Of a stretch of 24,000 nucleotides of DNA, positions 21,744-24,000 are shown piece by piece; the stretch's first letter is position 1, and each line of letters opens with the position of its first letter. The DNA is from Acinetobacter phage Bestia, in sequence record MW316733.1. One strand, 5' to 3'. Under the pieces are notes generated by a model. The model was not told the DNA's origin. It was given only the letters and a program-made list of their open reading frames with translations, and searched no databases. A program made the position numbers and the translations under genes.

Positions 21744-23867
21744 ATGGAAATTGCTAAGCTGTTTGCCTCTGTCGGCTTCCGAGTTGACACAACAAACCTT
21801 GAAAAGTTCGAAAGCAAATTAGGCCAAGTACAGACTAAGTTTGTAGGTTTTAGCCAAACAATTAGTGCTGTTGGTACACAAGCATCCACAGCAATTGTCC
21901 CTGTAAATAATCTCCTAAAAGCTTTAGATTTCAAAGGAAAAAGCACAGGTATTACCCCTTTAGTTACTGCTTTAGGGAGATTATCTACCACAGTAAATGC
22001 AATGAATACTTCTGAGTTCCACTCAAAGATTCAAAAAATTACATTAGCACTAGAAGAATCTAGACCTAGTATATGGAAAAGTAAAAATGCTTGGGAAGCA
22101 TACGCTAAAGCTGTAGCAGAAGCAAGGGCTGCCCTAACAGGAAACTGGGGAAGAATGCCTCCTAGTCCAAGAACTGCTGCTAGTGGTGCTGCTGGGGTAG
22201 CTGGAGGTATGGCTTTAGGGTCAACTATGAGAGGAGGTGGTGGTTACGTATCATCACCTCACTACACACCAGCAAGTAGACTTTTAGCACCAATGGTTGG
22301 CTCTCACTTAGCTTATTTAGGTTCTGGTGGTGTTATGGCTGGGGTTGGTGCTATCTATGCAACTAAAGCCACTCTAGATAGAGCACAAGAGAACGTAACA
22401 GCAGAAAACTTCGTAAAGATGGCCTCTAAAGATGATGCAGAGTTCAAACAAAACCGAGATTGGTTGTGGGAAAGATCACAATACTATGGTACTGACATCA
22501 ATGCCAACATGGAAGGTTTTGGTAAAATCTACATGAACACCATTGATTCTCTAGGAAGAAAAGCTTCTTTAAATGTTATTGAAGACATCATGAAGTATAA
22601 CACTGCTATGCACACCTCTAGGGAAGCTCAGAAGTTTATTAACAAGTCATTGTACCAAATGGCAGGTACAGCCCAAGTAAACGCTCAAGACTATAACCAA
22701 TGGGAAGAACACGTAGCTGGTGGTAACAAAGTGGCTTCTGCTGCTCTTGATATCTTAGCACGACAAGGTAAAATCCAAAAAGATTGGCGTACATTAGGTA
22801 ATGCTAAAAAAGCTATCTCTGAATTAAAACTTGAAGGTAAAGATTTAGTTCCAGCCTTAACACAAGCTATGGCTAATGCTTCTGCTAAAGGTCTAGAAAC
22901 TGGTCGTACTGGTTACCAAGCCCAACAAACAAGATTCCAAAACCAAGTGACACAATTTGCTAGGGATCTTGCTGATGGTGGCTTGTTCGATATGGCTAAG
23001 AACTTCTTCAAGTTGCTTTCAACAATTATGGATGTCATGAAGGCAATGATGCCTGTATGGACTGGTTTAGCTAAGGTTATGGGATTCTTCTTTGAGAATT
23101 TAGCTTTAGGAATTGAAGCTATTAAGGAATTCTTGAAGTATAGCCTAGATTTTATATCATTTTTATACGAAACACGTACTGGTGCTCTTATTGCCAATGC
23201 TGGTATTGCTTTACTTCTTATTGGACTTTGGAGATTCTTCAATGGCTTCAAGAAGTTTATGACTGCTGTTAAATTATTAATGGCTTCAAACCCAATCCTA
23301 TTAGCATTAATGGCAATCATTACTGTACTAGGTTTCCTATACGGTCAATGGAAAGCACAACAAGAAGGTTTAGATAACTGGTTAGATGTCTTTACAGATG
23401 TTCTAACAATTGCCAAATATTCATTCTTAGAGTTTGTCTACAATGTACAATCATACTTCTTTATGATGATTTCGTCAATTGTCTCTAAAGGCATGGAAAT
23501 CAAAACTTGGTTGTCTGATGTAATTGAAGAAATGAGGGAGATGAGTAAAGTTGTTGACTTAATTGTTACTGGTTTTGAGAAAGTTGAAGAGTTGAGACAA
23601 AGAAACAAAAAGAACCGAGAGGAACTTGATGGAGTATTTGAAAAATATGGAATCAACAGAAATAGCTTCTGGTCACCAATGGCTAAACCTATTCAAACAC
23701 CAGCTACACCAAGTCCTTCTAAGAATGCTTTTGGTAATGGCTTAAGTGGCTTTACTGGTGCTGACTTCAGAATCAAAACTGAAGGTCAATTCACACTGGT
23801 TGACCAAAAAGGAAAACCTCTGGGTAATGCTGAGAATATTAATTCTCAAGTTGCTTATGGTGTTTAG
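21744..23867 (+). CDS. Tail tape measure protein
   Basis: 707 aa. N-terminal IAKLFASVGFRVDTTNLEKFESKLGQVQTK, Gly/Ala-rich stretches, multiple hydrophobic segments (GLAKVMGFFFENLALGI, LIANAGIALLLIGLWRFF, PILLALMAIITVLGFL). Confidence 0.85.
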   Translation: MEIAKLFASVGFRVDTTNLEKFESKLGQVQTKFVGFSQTISAVGTQASTAIVPVNNLLKALDFKGKSTGITPLVTALGRLSTTVNAMNTSEFHSKIQKITLALEESRPSIWKSKNAWEAYAKAVAEARAALTGNWGRMPPSPRTAASGAAGVAGGMALGSTMRGGGGYVSSPHYTPASRLLAPMVGSHLAYLGSGGVMAGVGAIYATKATLDRAQENVTAENFVKMASKDDAEFKQNRDWLWERSQYYGTDINANMEGFGKIYMNTIDSLGRKASLNVIEDIMKYNTAMHTSREAQKFINKSLYQMAGTAQVNAQDYNQWEEHVAGGNKVASAALDILARQGKIQKDWRTLGNAKKAISELKLEGKDLVPALTQAMANASAKGLETGRTGYQAQQTRFQNQVTQFARDLADGGLFDMAKNFFKLLSTIMDVMKAMMPVWTGLAKVMGFFFENLALGIEAIKEFLKYSLDFISFLYETRTGALIANAGIALLLIGLWRFFNGFKKFMTAVKLLMASNPILLALMAIITVLGFLYGQWKAQQEGLDNWLDVFTDVLTIAKYSFLEFVYNVQSYFFMMISSIVSKGMEIKTWLSDVIEEMREMSKVVDLIVTGFEKVEELRQRNKKNREELDGVFEKYGINRNSFWSPMAKPIQTPATPSPSKNAFGNGLSGFTGADFRIKTEGQFTLVDQKGKPLGNAENINSQVAYGV

Positions 23868-23904
23868 GTAGCAGAATACAGGAGAACAAAATGAGGGATC
23901 ATGA

Positions 23905-24000
23905 ATGAGATATCACCTATATTCAATCAACACGGGAGAGGTAATTTCTCTCGATGCTACCACAAGCTTTAGTGAAAGCCATAAGGCCAATGTCACAGAG
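23905..24000 (+). CDS. Partial CDS, Dit-like tail protein start
   Basis: ATG AGA TAT...: MRYHLYSINTGEVISLDATTSFSESHKANVTE, open to the window end. SLDAT..SESH pattern resembles Dit-like proteins. Confidence 0.5.
   Translation, partial: MRYHLYSINTGEVISLDATTSFSESHKANVTE

Noticed and set aside
253-24000. A dedicated anti-phage defence or toxin-antitoxin system
   Set aside because: No proteins with recognisable defence signatures appear. The coding content is phage structural/lysis. The unusual content is in the RNA island.

Overview
This 24 kb window looks like the late (lysis, structural and tail) region of a myovirus infecting a Gram-negative host. Everything supported is on the + strand. 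From left to right: (1) 1-250, short repeated AACCTAAAGGTT hairpins and a sigma70-like promoter. (2) 253-4202, a Zn-ribbon-like small protein, a Rz-like i-spanin with a fully embedded Rz1-like lipoprotein, a 783-aa tailspike with an apparent TIM-barrel glycosidase-like domain, a 56-aa membrane peptide (possible holin), and a SleB/hydrolase_2-like endolysin. (3) A putative small terminase. (4) About 4.3 kb (4.94-9.28 kb) of tRNA genes: 15 cloverleaves I fold confidently, plus two atypical candidates (Trp, Arg). They are interspersed with two small CDSs (one an HNH endonuclease) and with long non-coding spacers rich in perfect helices. The largest spacer (5738-6527, about 790 nt) is a good candidate for a giant ornate phage RNA of the GOLLD/ROOL kind. 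Several other spacers hold tRNA-sized elements closed by 7-12 bp perfect helices that are not normal tRNAs. (5) 9295-24000, a thioredoxin-like protein, large terminase, portal, S49 protease/scaffold fusion, decoration protein, major capsid protein, neck/connector proteins, a contractile tail sheath, three tandem paralogous tube-like proteins, tail assembly chaperone with a -1 overlapping ORF, tape measure, and the start of a Dit-like protein. All helices and tRNAs were folded by eye. No homology or covariance search was run.
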